Source: Myxococcota bacterium (lineage in GTDB: Bacteria; Myxococcota_A; Polyangia; Nannocystales; Nannocystaceae). Taken from it: a DNA stretch of 64,000 nucleotides. The translations under genes and the position numbers were made by a program. This document shows, piece by piece, positions 1 to 9,377 of this stretch. The DNA is taken from assembly GCA_039028615.1 (NCBI GenBank), contig JBCCHT010000042.1, forward strand, positions 32,001 through 96,000. The letters are read 5' to 3'. The notes below the pieces were generated by a model. That model ran no database searches and was not told the DNA's origin. It was given only the letters and a program-made list of their open reading frames with translations. Each line of letters starts with the position of its first letter. The stretch's first letter is position 1.

Positions 1-39
1 GGTCGTCATAGTTCGAACCTCACCTCCGTAGGTCCCCAC

Positions 40-351
40 ATGCCTGTGACACGCATCGAACGTTACGTGGTTCAGTACGCCTCCCGAAACACCGCGCCTC
101 GCATCTGGTTTTACGACGAGGACGGCCAGAGCATCGGGCAGGCGGTCTTCGTGCGACACGACTCGCCGCTACAGCCCGACCACCCGAGATCGCTCAACTA
201 CCGTCACGAGGACTTTGCCAACGTACTCGACGTGCTGCGCAACGAGAGCCCGGTCTACTACGCGTTTTCGGGGACCAACAGCGAGAACGCCATCCGCTCC
301 GCCAAGGAAATGGTCGGCGAAGGCGAGCTCGTCGGCGAACGCGACGGCTGA
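40..351 (+). CDS. small conserved hypothetical protein
   Basis: 103-aa ORF with host-like codon usage; globular sequence ending ...VLDVLRNESPVYY...EMVGEGE. Confidence 0.7.
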   Translation: MPVTRIERYVVQYASRNTAPRIWFYDEDGQSIGQAVFVRHDSPLQPDHPRSLNYRHEDFANVLDVLRNESPVYYAFSGTNSENAIRSAKEMVGEGELVGERDG

Positions 352-369
352 GCTCGAGCCGCGGCGCGC

Positions 370-864
370 TCACTCGAGCGTGGCCTCGAACTCCAGCTTG
401 CCGTTGAACTCGGCCTGCAGCAGCACCGCGTCGCTCTGTCCGTTCTTGGGATAGTAGAAGAACAGCTCGACCCGACGGTTGAGCGCGCGCCCGTCCTCGG
501 TGTCGTTGCTCGCAATCGGGCTCGACTCGCCGTGGTACGCGGTGCGAATGCGGCTGGTGAGGCCGGAGTCGCTGTCGGTGATGAGCTGCGAGACCTGCTC
601 CGCCCGCCGAAACGCCAGATCGCGGTTGTCGTCTTCGTCACCCACGGAGTCGGTGTGGCCGACGAGCAGCAGGCGAATCTTGTCGTCGCTGCGCATGATC
701 TCCACCGTGCGCCCGATCGTCACGTATTCGTGCGCATCGTGGGGCTCGTGCTTGCCCGTGTCGAAGTGCACGTTTTGCGACGGCGGCGGGGTGTGACTGC
801 ACGCGCCCGCGACCAGCAGCACCCCCCACACGCAACGCGGGAGCCATCCCTTCCAACGAGCCAT
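370..864 (-). CDS. OmpA-family peptidoglycan-binding lipoprotein
   Basis: Lipobox-like VAGAC; GHTDSVG...NRDLAFRRAEQV...GRALNRRVE OmpA C-terminal motifs; start placed at ATG 864. Confidence 0.9.
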   Translation of the reverse strand: MARWKGWLPRCVWGVLLVAGACSHTPPPSQNVHFDTGKHEPHDAHEYVTIGRTVEIMRSDDKIRLLLVGHTDSVGDEDDNRDLAFRRAEQVSQLITDSDSGLTSRIRTAYHGESSPIASNDTEDGRALNRRVELFFYYPKNGQSDAVLLQAEFNGKLEFEATLE

Positions 865-913
865 TGGCGAATCGTGCAACTCGGCGGCGGGCCGAATCAA
901 CGGTTCGAATGGG

Positions 914-3900
914 TCAGGGAGTGGGCGTCGACGGGGCGAGGTTGGCGAGCCAGTGCTCGATCGCGCGGATTCGCGAGGGTTGGTCGTCGAGCCCGATGTA
1001 GGCCTGGCGAGCGCGTTCCGCTTCGGTCCGCGCGGCGGTGGTGTCGCTGGCGGCCGCCATGATCCGCGCCCGTCGGAACCAGGCCTCGGCGTGCTGGTGC
1101 GGGTCGTGATCCTCCGACTCGTACTGCGTCACCGAGGTGTCGATCAGCTTGCGTGCCTCTTCGAGTTGGCCCTTCGCGAGCATGACCATGGCGAGGCGAC
1201 CGGAGGTCTCGGCCACCTCGATGCTGGGCTCGCCCGAGGTCTGTCGCTGCACGGCGAGCGCGGCCTGCAGCACGTCGTGGGCCTCTTGCACGCGACCCGC
1301 TCGCAGCAGGGTCAGGCCGAGCTGGCTGTTGTAGTTGGCCTGGCGCCCGCGATCGGAGGGATCATTGGCCTTGGCCCGCGCCAGCGCCTTGCGCAGCGCA
1401 TCCTCGGCCTGCTCGTAACGTCCCGCGCGGAGGTGAATCTCGCCCACGAGGGCCCAGCTCATGGCGGTGACGAGGCTGTCGGGGCCGTGCACCTCGTTCT
1501 CCAGCGACTGGGCGAGCTGAGCCTGGGCTAGCGCCTCGTCGTAGCGCTCGAGGAAGATGAACGTGGTGGCGATGTTGTACGAGAGGATGCCGACCGAGGG
1601 GTGGCGCTCGCCGAGCACCGTGCGGAGCAGGTCCTGCGACTCCTGGTAGATCGTCAGCGCGTCGCGGTACTGCCCGTGCACGAAGTGGGTGGTGGCCAGG
1701 TTCTGCAGCAGCGCGGCGTAGTGCGGGTGCTTCTCGCCGTAGGTGTCGAGCAAGATCTCGCGGGCGCGGTCGAGCATGCGGACCGACTGCGCGTGGTCAC
1801 CCATGCGGGCGTAGGTCTTGCCCAGCTCGCTCAGCGGCTCGGCCATGCTGTAGTGGTCCTTGCCCGACAGCTCCTCGCGCAAGGTCAGCAGCTCGTGACC
1901 GATGGCCGCCGCTTCGTCGAGCTTGCCCGCCCGACGCTTGGCGTTGCTCAGCGAGGACATCAGCTCGGCGCGCAGGACCGGCCGTCGCCCCTCCAACGCT
2001 TCGAGGGCGGCCATGCCGAGCCCCGTCCAGCGCTCGATGATGGCAGGCGGCCCTCCTCGCGTCGCTTCCAGGTCCGACAGGCTGGCGGACGCCTCGGCCA
2101 CGATCTCTCGATGGTGATGCGCCACGCCCTGCTGCAGCGCGAGGTGGGCCATCTCCTCGGCGCGCTCGGGTTGCCCCGCCAGCACCAAGGCCTCGGCCAG
2201 GCCCGCCGCCGCTTCGGCTTTGACGGGCCCGTAGCTCACGCCCTCGGCGAGGCGGAAGGCCGTCTCTGCGCTCGCCACCGCGTCTTGGAGGTGACCGACG
2301 ATCTGCTTGGCGATGGCCTCGTCGAGGGCGGTTCGAATGTCCTCGACCGCCTCCGCCTCGTCTTCGGGGATCGGCGGCAGCTCGTCCCCGAGGGAGGACG
2401 CATCGAGGCACGGCACCAAGCTCGGCAGCTGCTGCACCGCCTCGAGCGAGGCCATGACCGTGGTGGTGTCGGCCTCCCGGAGCACGCCGACCATCGTGCC
2501 CAGCGTGCGACGGCGCCGGGTCAGGCAGCTCATGCGCCGGGCCACCACCGCCTCGGGCTCGGTGCCCTCGACCCCGCTACGACAGGCCTCGGTCTGCACG
2601 TCGACCCACTGCTCGGCGTAGGCATCGAAGACCCCGCTCACCCGCGTGGCCGTGTCGGCGGCAAAGGGCAGCTTGGTCGCCTCGAACGACGCCCGCAGCT
2701 CGTCGCGCGCCGTCTCGTCCCACACCCCCTCGAGCTTGGAGCGCACGTCGTCGCAGTAGGCGACCGCGTCCGTGGAGGTGGTGGTGGACATCGCCACCGT
2801 CGACGCTCCGGCCGCTGCCCCCAGCACGGCGATCGCCGCCACGCCCCGCCACGAGCCCAGCCCGGAGGGGCGCAGGTCGGCCAGCAGGGCCCGCATGGAC
2901 GAGTGGCGCTGATCCGGCTCGACCTTCAGGCCGCGGAGCACCGCCTTGCGGAGCCAGCGGGGCACGTTTCGATCGCGGGGCGGCGGCTCGACCTGGCCCT
3001 GGAACACCGCGGCCACCAGCGTGGGCAGGTCCCGGGCCTTGAACGGCCGCGAGCCGTACAGCCCCTCGTATAGCGCGACACAAAAGCCGAACTGATCCGC
3101 CTTGGCGTCGCTGCGGCGCCCGTCGAGCTGCTCGGGGGCCATATACGCCGGGGTGCCCACCAGCGCGCCCGTCTGCGTCAGCGTCTCCGACAGGGCCGAG
3201 CCCGAGCCGCTCGCACGGATCGACGCGCTCACGGCCGAGATCTCCAGCGTGCGGTCCGTCTCCGCCTCGCGGGACACGGGGCGAGCCAGGCCGAAGTCGG
3301 TCACCACCGCCCGGCCATCGGAGTGCAGCAGCACGTTGTCCGGCTTGAAGTCGCGATGCACCAGCCCCGCGTCGTGGGCCGCCGCCAGGCCTTCGCCCGC
3401 CTGCCGAAACACCTCCAGCACCTCGCGATGGCTGCGGCGTCTCGCTCGGAGCCAGTCGGTGAGCGTCCCGCCCTCCACGAACTCCATCGCGATGAACACC
3501 TGGTCTTCGAAGGTGCCCACGTCGTGCACCGTGATGACCCCCGGGTGGCTCAGCCGCGCCAGCGCCTGGGCCTCGCGGAGCATTCGCTTGTTGCGATCCG
3601 AGTGCGTGTCGCGGCTCGCCTCGGCCGGGTCGGCCCGCAGGAGCTTCAGCGCGATCTTGCGGTCCAGCTCCGGGTCGTAGGCCGCGTACACGATGCCCAT
3701 CGCCCCCGCCCCGATCGCCCGCAGCACCACGTAGCGTCCCAGCCGTGCGCCCTCGGGCAGCCGCAGCGCGGGGCCCCACGTCTGCCCTCCGCCCGTCGCT
3801 GCGCCTTCTTGGAGCGTCGCTTCCATGCTCGCGTGCGACGGCGTCGAGCCGCTCTCCGAAGCATGCTCCGGCTCGGGCGGCAGCTCACCGCCCTCGAACG

Positions 3901-4045
3901 CCGACGCGAACACCCGGGTCAGCTCCGACACCAGCTCCAGGCACACGTCGCACTCGTCGATGTGGGCCTCGAGCGATGCTCGTTGGTCCGGGTCCAGGTC
4001 GCCGCGAGCAAATGCGCTCAGCACGTTCTCGTCGGGGCAGGACAT
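914..4045 (-). CDS. Ser/Thr protein kinase with N-terminal HxxxCxxC zinc finger, TM segment and C-terminal TPRs
   Basis: AHIDECDVC; GAGAMG, IALK, HRDFKPDN, DFG, APE; helical TPR-like repeats. Confidence 0.93.
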   Translation of the reverse strand: MSCPDENVLSAFARGDLDPDQRASLEAHIDECDVCLELVSELTRVFASAFEGGELPPEPEHASESGSTPSHASMEATLQEGAATGGGQTWGPALRLPEGARLGRYVVLRAIGAGAMGIVYAAYDPELDRKIALKLLRADPAEASRDTHSDRNKRMLREAQALARLSHPGVITVHDVGTFEDQVFIAMEFVEGGTLTDWLRARRRSHREVLEVFRQAGEGLAAAHDAGLVHRDFKPDNVLLHSDGRAVVTDFGLARPVSREAETDRTLEISAVSASIRASGSGSALSETLTQTGALVGTPAYMAPEQLDGRRSDAKADQFGFCVALYEGLYGSRPFKARDLPTLVAAVFQGQVEPPPRDRNVPRWLRKAVLRGLKVEPDQRHSSMRALLADLRPSGLGSWRGVAAIAVLGAAAGASTVAMSTTTSTDAVAYCDDVRSKLEGVWDETARDELRASFEATKLPFAADTATRVSGVFDAYAEQWVDVQTEACRSGVEGTEPEAVVARRMSCLTRRRRTLGTMVGVLREADTTTVMASLEAVQQLPSLVPCLDASSLGDELPPIPEDEAEAVEDIRTALDEAIAKQIVGHLQDAVASAETAFRLAEGVSYGPVKAEAAAGLAEALVLAGQPERAEEMAHLALQQGVAHHHREIVAEASASLSDLEATRGGPPAIIERWTGLGMAALEALEGRRPVLRAELMSSLSNAKRRAGKLDEAAAIGHELLTLREELSGKDHYSMAEPLSELGKTYARMGDHAQSVRMLDRAREILLDTYGEKHPHYAALLQNLATTHFVHGQYRDALTIYQESQDLLRTVLGERHPSVGILSYNIATTFIFLERYDEALAQAQLAQSLENEVHGPDSLVTAMSWALVGEIHLRAGRYEQAEDALRKALARAKANDPSDRGRQANYNSQLGLTLLRAGRVQEAHDVLQAALAVQRQTSGEPSIEVAETSGRLAMVMLAKGQLEEARKLIDTSVTQYESEDHDPHQHAEAWFRRARIMAAASDTTAARTEAERARQAYIGLDDQPSRIRAIEHWLANLAPSTPTP

Positions 4046-4324
4046 GGTTTAGGGGGGCCGCACATCGTCGCACGACCCCCTGCGTGGCGGTAGCGGGGGG
4101 TTGCTGTCTCCAGGGGCGGGTTGGACGCCTCACGCCCCCGACCGCCGATTGCCTACCTCCGCGTACCCCCACCACGCCGGCCCCAGCCGTTCCGGCCCTC
4201 CGACCGCGTGCTAGCGTCGATGGCCGCTCATGAGCACGCATGTCGCCCTGTACGTCGAGCGACGGACCCCCGAGGGCATGGGTATGGGGTCGCTGTCGAT
4301 CTTCGGCGTGGGGCGGGCACGTCG

Positions 4325-4771
4325 ATGAGCACGGAGATGGGGCTGCAGGTCGAGCGGCGTACGGCCGAGGGCTGGCGGCCCGCGAATCTCGACCAAATCC
4401 ATCGCGACCCGTGGGGCAAGGTGCTCAGCGTTCCGTGCTTTTACGACTTCAACGACTTTTGGCTGCTGTACGTGCTCAGCGGGGATGCGTTGCGGGGTGA
4501 TCCCGACGACATGCCGCCGCCCATCGTGCCGAAGCGGCGGGGCGAGCCTCCCGATTTGTCCCGCGAGCTGCGACGGGTCGCCGAGGACGACTCCGCGTAC
4601 TACATCAGCTGGCTCACCGCGCGGGAGCTGCTGGAGTACGACTGGGATGCCTACGCGAAGCACCTGTGCGGGATCACGGGCTACTCCGCGCCCAAGCCCA
4701 CCGCGCTGCTCGACGCGATCGCGAAGCTTCAGCCCCTCGACGATCATCGCGTGATCATCGAACTTTGGTGA
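4325..4771 (+). CDS. hypothetical protein (resembles uncharacterised phage-type proteins)
   Basis: Host-like codon usage from ATG 4325; RGEPPDLS...SWLTARELLEYDW pattern; 4 bp before next gene. Confidence 0.65.
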   Translation: MSTEMGLQVERRTAEGWRPANLDQIHRDPWGKVLSVPCFYDFNDFWLLYVLSGDALRGDPDDMPPPIVPKRRGEPPDLSRELRRVAEDDSAYYISWLTARELLEYDWDAYAKHLCGITGYSAPKPTALLDAIAKLQPLDDHRVIIELW

Positions 4772-4775
4772 ACGC

Positions 4776-5171
4776 ATGCTCTGGCACGAAGGCGGCTGTC
4801 ACTGCACCCAGGTGCGCTTCATGGTCCTCGCACCCGCGCGGCTGGAGGTCGACGAGTGCAACTGCTCGATGTGTCGGCGGATGGGGTTCTTACACTTGAT
4901 CGTGCCGCGCTCGCGCTTTCGGCTGCTGTGCGGGGCGGATGCGTTGGTGACGTATTCGTTCAACACGAAGGTGGCGAAGCACTTGTTTTGCGGGACGTGC
5001 GGGATTCAGTCGTACTACGTGCCCCGCTCGCATCCCGACGGGTACAGCGTGAACGCGCGGTGTCTGGAGCCGGGGACGGTGCAGGAGATGATCGTGCGGC
5101 CGTTCGATGGGCAGCACTGGGAAGCGCATGTGCACGAGCTGGCTCCGCTGTCCGGCGGGGCGCCCGAGTGA
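4776..5171 (+). CDS. GFA (Gfa/CENP-V) family zinc protein
   Basis: GGCHC...CNCSMC...HLFCGTCG...PRSHPDGYSVNARCL. Confidence 0.92.
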   Translation: MLWHEGGCHCTQVRFMVLAPARLEVDECNCSMCRRMGFLHLIVPRSRFRLLCGADALVTYSFNTKVAKHLFCGTCGIQSYYVPRSHPDGYSVNARCLEPGTVQEMIVRPFDGQHWEAHVHELAPLSGGAPE

Positions 5172-5385
5172 ACGAGGCCGAGTCGAACGGTCCCTCGCCC
5201 ATGCTCTTTCCTTGCTTCGTTCGGGCCAGCGAAACGCATTGATCGTCGACGTGGCCTGGGCGCAACGTCCCTTTACGCCCGCGGAGGGCCAAAAAGAACC
5301 GGATCGCCCGGCGCTTTCGTGTCCAATTTCCGCTCGGCGTTGCCTATAGACCGGAAGTCCCTCTTCGCACCCCTCGGTACTCCCC

Positions 5386-8300
5386 ATGGCGACTCCTTAC
5401 CCCCCCGGGCCCGCCCACGTACCGGCCGGGCTCGCCGATGCCCCGCCCCAATACCGCAATCGGGCCTACCTGGCCGTCGCTGCGCTCGCGCTGTTCGTGG
5501 CGCTGTACGTCGCGCTGACGGCGTGGTTTGCCTACAAGGGCTTCAGCCTGCTGAGCGACTCGTGGAGCGCCAGCGGCAGCAATCACGCGTTCTTGGGCAC
5601 CATCGTCGGGCTTCTGTGCGCGTTTTTGGCCGTGTTCCTGGGCAAGGCGCTGATCTTCATCCGTCGCGATCGGCCTGGAGGCCTCATCGAGCTGGGGGCC
5701 AACGAGACGGAGCTCCGCGAGTTCATCCGCCACGTCGCCGACGAAGCGGGGGCGCCCCGGCCTCATCGCATCTACCTTTCGGCCGAGGTCAACGCGGCGG
5801 TGTTCTACGACCTGTCGCTGCTGAATCTGCTGTGGCCGTCGCGCAAGAACCTGGTGATCGGGCTCGGCCTGGTCAACGTGCTCACGCGCAGCGAGTTCAA
5901 GGCGGTGCTGGGCCACGAGTTCGGCCACTTCGCCCAGCGCTCGATGGCGGTGGGTCGATGGATCTACACGGGCCAGAAAATCGCGGCGCACATCGTCAGC
6001 AAGCGCGACGTCCTCGACCGCATGCTCATCGGGCTGTCGCAGTTCGACATTCGGATCGCGTGGATCGGCTGGATCATGCGGATCATCGTGTGGTCGGTCC
6101 GCTCCACCATGGATCAGGTGTTCCGCGGGGTGGCCCTGGCCGAGCGCGCGCTGTCGCGGCAGATGGAGCTGCAGGCCGACCTGGTCGCGGTGACCATCAG
6201 CGGCAGTGATGCGCTGGTCCACGCGCTGCACAAGCTGCGCACGGCCGACGACGCGTGGGACCAGGCGCTGAGCATCTCGGCGCGGGAGCGCGCCAACGAG
6301 CGCATCGTGGCCGATCTGTTCGCGATGCAGGATCGGGTCCTGCACCACTATCGCGAGACGCTGGGCGACGTGGGGCAGGCCGAGCTTCCCCCGCTGCCCG
6401 CCGAGGGGCGGGAGCAGCATCGGGTGTTCCAGGCGAGCTTGGGCCAGCCGCCGCAGATGTGGTCGACGCACCCGCCCAGCCACATTCGCGAGCAGAACGT
6501 CAAGAAGGTCTATGTGCCGTGCGAGTTCGACGAGCGGCCGGCGTGGGGTCTGTTCGCCGATCCCGAGGCGCTGCGGGCTCAGCTCACCGAGCACGTGCTC
6601 GAGCCGGGGCCGCAGATGCTGCGGATGGACCTCGAGATGTCGGTCAGCAAGATCGACGACCACTACGATCATCGGTTCTTCGATCGCCGTTATCGCGGCC
6701 TGTACCTGGGTCGTCGAGTGACGCGGAGTCAGGCGCGCCCGCTCGATCTCGTCGGCGAGACGCCCACCGATCCGGCGGGAGCGATCGCAGCGCTCTACCC
6801 GGCGGAGTGGACGGCCGCGGTCACTCGCTGGCGCGATCTCGTGCGCGAGCACGCCCAGCTCGATGCGCTCGAGCGCGGGCTCCTCGAGGCCCCGGGCGGC
6901 ATCATTCAGTTTCGCGGTCAGGGGCTGCGACGCCGGGAGCTCCGACAGACGGTGGCCCAGGTCGCGAGCGAGCTCGAGACGGCGCGCACGCAGCTGGACG
7001 AGCACGATCGCAGCGTTCGCACGGCCCACCTGGCCGCGGCGCACGTGCTGGGCGAGGGCTGGCCCGAGTACCTGTGGAGCCTCATCCAGCTGCTGCACTA
7101 CGCCGAGCACGTCGAGGCCAACGTCGACGATGCCCACGCCACCCTGATGAACGTGGTCGAGGTGGTGCTGGCCGACGGGCGGGTCTCGTCGCGCGAGCGC
7201 ACGCGGGTCTTGGCCGCCTGCAACGACCTGCAATTCAGCCTCGAGCGTGTGTACGGGGCCCGCACCCAGGTCGAGGTGCCGCCGCGGGTGCTCCAGCGTC
7301 TGGGCGTGGGCAGCTGGTCCCAGGCTCTGCCCGACGAGTTCCATCTGGGTGCCCCCCACGACGAGAACCTCGGCGATTGGCTGGAGATCGAAGGCGGCTG
7401 GTTCTCCGTGATCAGCAACCCGCTGGGAGAGCTACGCCACGACACCCTCGAGACCCTGCTCGAGGCCGAGGCGCATATCGCCGACTGCTTCGCGAAGGGG
7501 CAGCATCCTGGGTCCGCGCCCGCGCCGGCCACGGTACCGCTGAACTACACCACGATGTGCCACGGGGGTGAGCGCGACAAGCAGCTGCGGCTCGACCTGT
7601 GGGACCGCTTCGTGCTCGCCGAGGGTTGGGGTCCGGGCCTCGCTCGCATGGCAGTGGCGGGATCCATCGTGGCCGCGGTGCTCTCGGTCAGCAGCGTCAC
7701 CGCGACGCCCACGGTGGTGGTCTACAATGGTCTCAGCCGGGCCATCGAGGTGAAGATCGGCGGCTCCGAGGAGACGATCGGCTCCAACCGCTCGGGCAAG
7801 ATGGAGTTCGAGCTCACCGAAGGTCTGGTGGTCGAGGCGTGGACCCAGCAGGGCGAGCTCATCGAGCGGTTCTCGCCCACGATCGAAAACGCGATGATCG
7901 ATCAGATCTACAACGTCGGCGGAGCGACACCGCTCATTGAGTGGATTGCGCTGTACGGGGCGGGGAACGAGCGCCCGCCGCAGCGGCTCGGGGCGCCCCG
8001 CTGGACCCGCAGCACGGCCGACGACCTGTTTCGCGATCCCCCGGAGGAGGTCAAGACCCGCGAAGGCATGACCGCGACCCGAAGGGTGCTGACTGCGCTG
8101 GACCTCGACGGGGAGAGCGGCCAACGAGAGTATGTCTCCGACGAAGAGTGGGCGGCGATGGTCGCGTTCCACGTGCGGTGGGAGCCGGGCGAAGTGCTCG
8201 TGCAGTGGGTCGACGCCGCGGACGATCCCTCCGCGCTGAGCGACGCGCTCACGACCCGCCTCGAGGGCGAAACCTTCGACGTCGAACTCGGTCGCCTGAT

Positions 8301-9204
8301 CCAGGACTACGGCGATCGCGAGCACGCCTGTGCGGTGCATACCGAGCGAGCCGCCGAGCGGCCCGACGACCCCGATACGGAGTATCTCGCGGTGCGATGC
8401 ATCGACGACGAGACGGCCCGGGATGTGGCGATGATGGTGGGGCACGAGCAGCACCCTCGCCATCCCTACTTCGCCAACGCTGCCGGGTCCGTGTTTGCGG
8501 GGCGTGGCGAGACTCAGTCCGCGCTGCAGGCCTACGAGGTGGCGATGCGAGGCCTTCGGGACACGCCGATGGCGTTCGGGATTGCGCTCGAGTCGGCCCG
8601 CCTGCGTCGCTGGGCCAGCGGCGTCGATGCCGACGTCACCGATCTCGGGGCGTACTCCGAGCGGTTCGGGTCGCTCATGGCCGCGCAAAACACCGACGAA
8701 GGCCAGGCCTACGTCAACCTGACGCAAGGGGACCTCACGGTCGCCGAGGCCCCGCACCGCCCCGATGTCGAGCGGCTCATTCGTCTCGTGGGTGCATCCG
8801 ATGGCGCCAGCGCGGAGCAAGTCCAGCGGGCCCTCGAGCTGCCCTTCAACGACGATCTCGATGTGGCCGTCGTGCTCCTTTCGATCGCGCTGGCGAATCG
8901 CGAAGGCACGGACGCCTCGGCCTTCGAGGAGCTGGCGTACACCAGACTCGAAGAGCAGGCCGAGGACTTGCTCGCGTTCACCCGTCGCGAGGCCATCGCC
9001 GGTCCCGAGCACGGAGCCGGGTACCTGGAGGGAATGTCGGCCATCAGCCGCGGCTATGCCCTCGCGGCCGGGCTGGTGACGCTGGGCGACGAGGCTCCTC
9101 CGCACTGGCGCACCGACGTCGAACGCCTGTTGCTGTCGTTCGAGCGACCGTACTTCGCCACGGCGGCGGCCAAGAGCCTGGCCGAGGTGGTCGAGGCCGG
9201 CTGA
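5386..9204 (+). CDS. large M48-family membrane zinc metallopeptidase with extended C-terminus
   Basis: N-terminal TM helices, VNAAV, LGHEFGHF (HExxH), SRQMELQAD, STHP. Confidence 0.88.
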   Translation: MATPYPPGPAHVPAGLADAPPQYRNRAYLAVAALALFVALYVALTAWFAYKGFSLLSDSWSASGSNHAFLGTIVGLLCAFLAVFLGKALIFIRRDRPGGLIELGANETELREFIRHVADEAGAPRPHRIYLSAEVNAAVFYDLSLLNLLWPSRKNLVIGLGLVNVLTRSEFKAVLGHEFGHFAQRSMAVGRWIYTGQKIAAHIVSKRDVLDRMLIGLSQFDIRIAWIGWIMRIIVWSVRSTMDQVFRGVALAERALSRQMELQADLVAVTISGSDALVHALHKLRTADDAWDQALSISARERANERIVADLFAMQDRVLHHYRETLGDVGQAELPPLPAEGREQHRVFQASLGQPPQMWSTHPPSHIREQNVKKVYVPCEFDERPAWGLFADPEALRAQLTEHVLEPGPQMLRMDLEMSVSKIDDHYDHRFFDRRYRGLYLGRRVTRSQARPLDLVGETPTDPAGAIAALYPAEWTAAVTRWRDLVREHAQLDALERGLLEAPGGIIQFRGQGLRRRELRQTVAQVASELETARTQLDEHDRSVRTAHLAAAHVLGEGWPEYLWSLIQLLHYAEHVEANVDDAHATLMNVVEVVLADGRVSSRERTRVLAACNDLQFSLERVYGARTQVEVPPRVLQRLGVGSWSQALPDEFHLGAPHDENLGDWLEIEGGWFSVISNPLGELRHDTLETLLEAEAHIADCFAKGQHPGSAPAPATVPLNYTTMCHGGERDKQLRLDLWDRFVLAEGWGPGLARMAVAGSIVAAVLSVSSVTATPTVVVYNGLSRAIEVKIGGSEETIGSNRSGKMEFELTEGLVVEAWTQQGELIERFSPTIENAMIDQIYNVGGATPLIEWIALYGAGNERPPQRLGAPRWTRSTADDLFRDPPEEVKTREGMTATRRVLTALDLDGESGQREYVSDEEWAAMVAFHVRWEPGEVLVQWVDAADDPSALSDALTTRLEGETFDVELGRLIQDYGDREHACAVHTERAAERPDDPDTEYLAVRCIDDETARDVAMMVGHEQHPRHPYFANAAGSVFAGRGETQSALQAYEVAMRGLRDTPMAFGIALESARLRRWASGVDADVTDLGAYSERFGSLMAAQNTDEGQAYVNLTQGDLTVAEAPHRPDVERLIRLVGASDGASAEQVQRALELPFNDDLDVAVVLLSIALANREGTDASAFEELAYTRLEEQAEDLLAFTRREAIAGPEHGAGYLEGMSAISRGYALAAGLVTLGDEAPPHWRTDVERLLLSFERPYFATAAAKSLAEVVEAG

Positions 9205-9377
9205 AGTCGAGGCGATGAGCGGACGGCCGAGGCGGTGAGCTGAAGTTCGAGGCACGGCGCCCGGCGGCGTCCGGCCAGTGGGGCGCCGCCACCGGCTGAA
9301 TCTCGGGCCCCAATTGCGACGACCCGGGCGGCATAGGCCGGCCCGGGTCGACTCGTGTTCGCGGTCTGATCGGCCGC

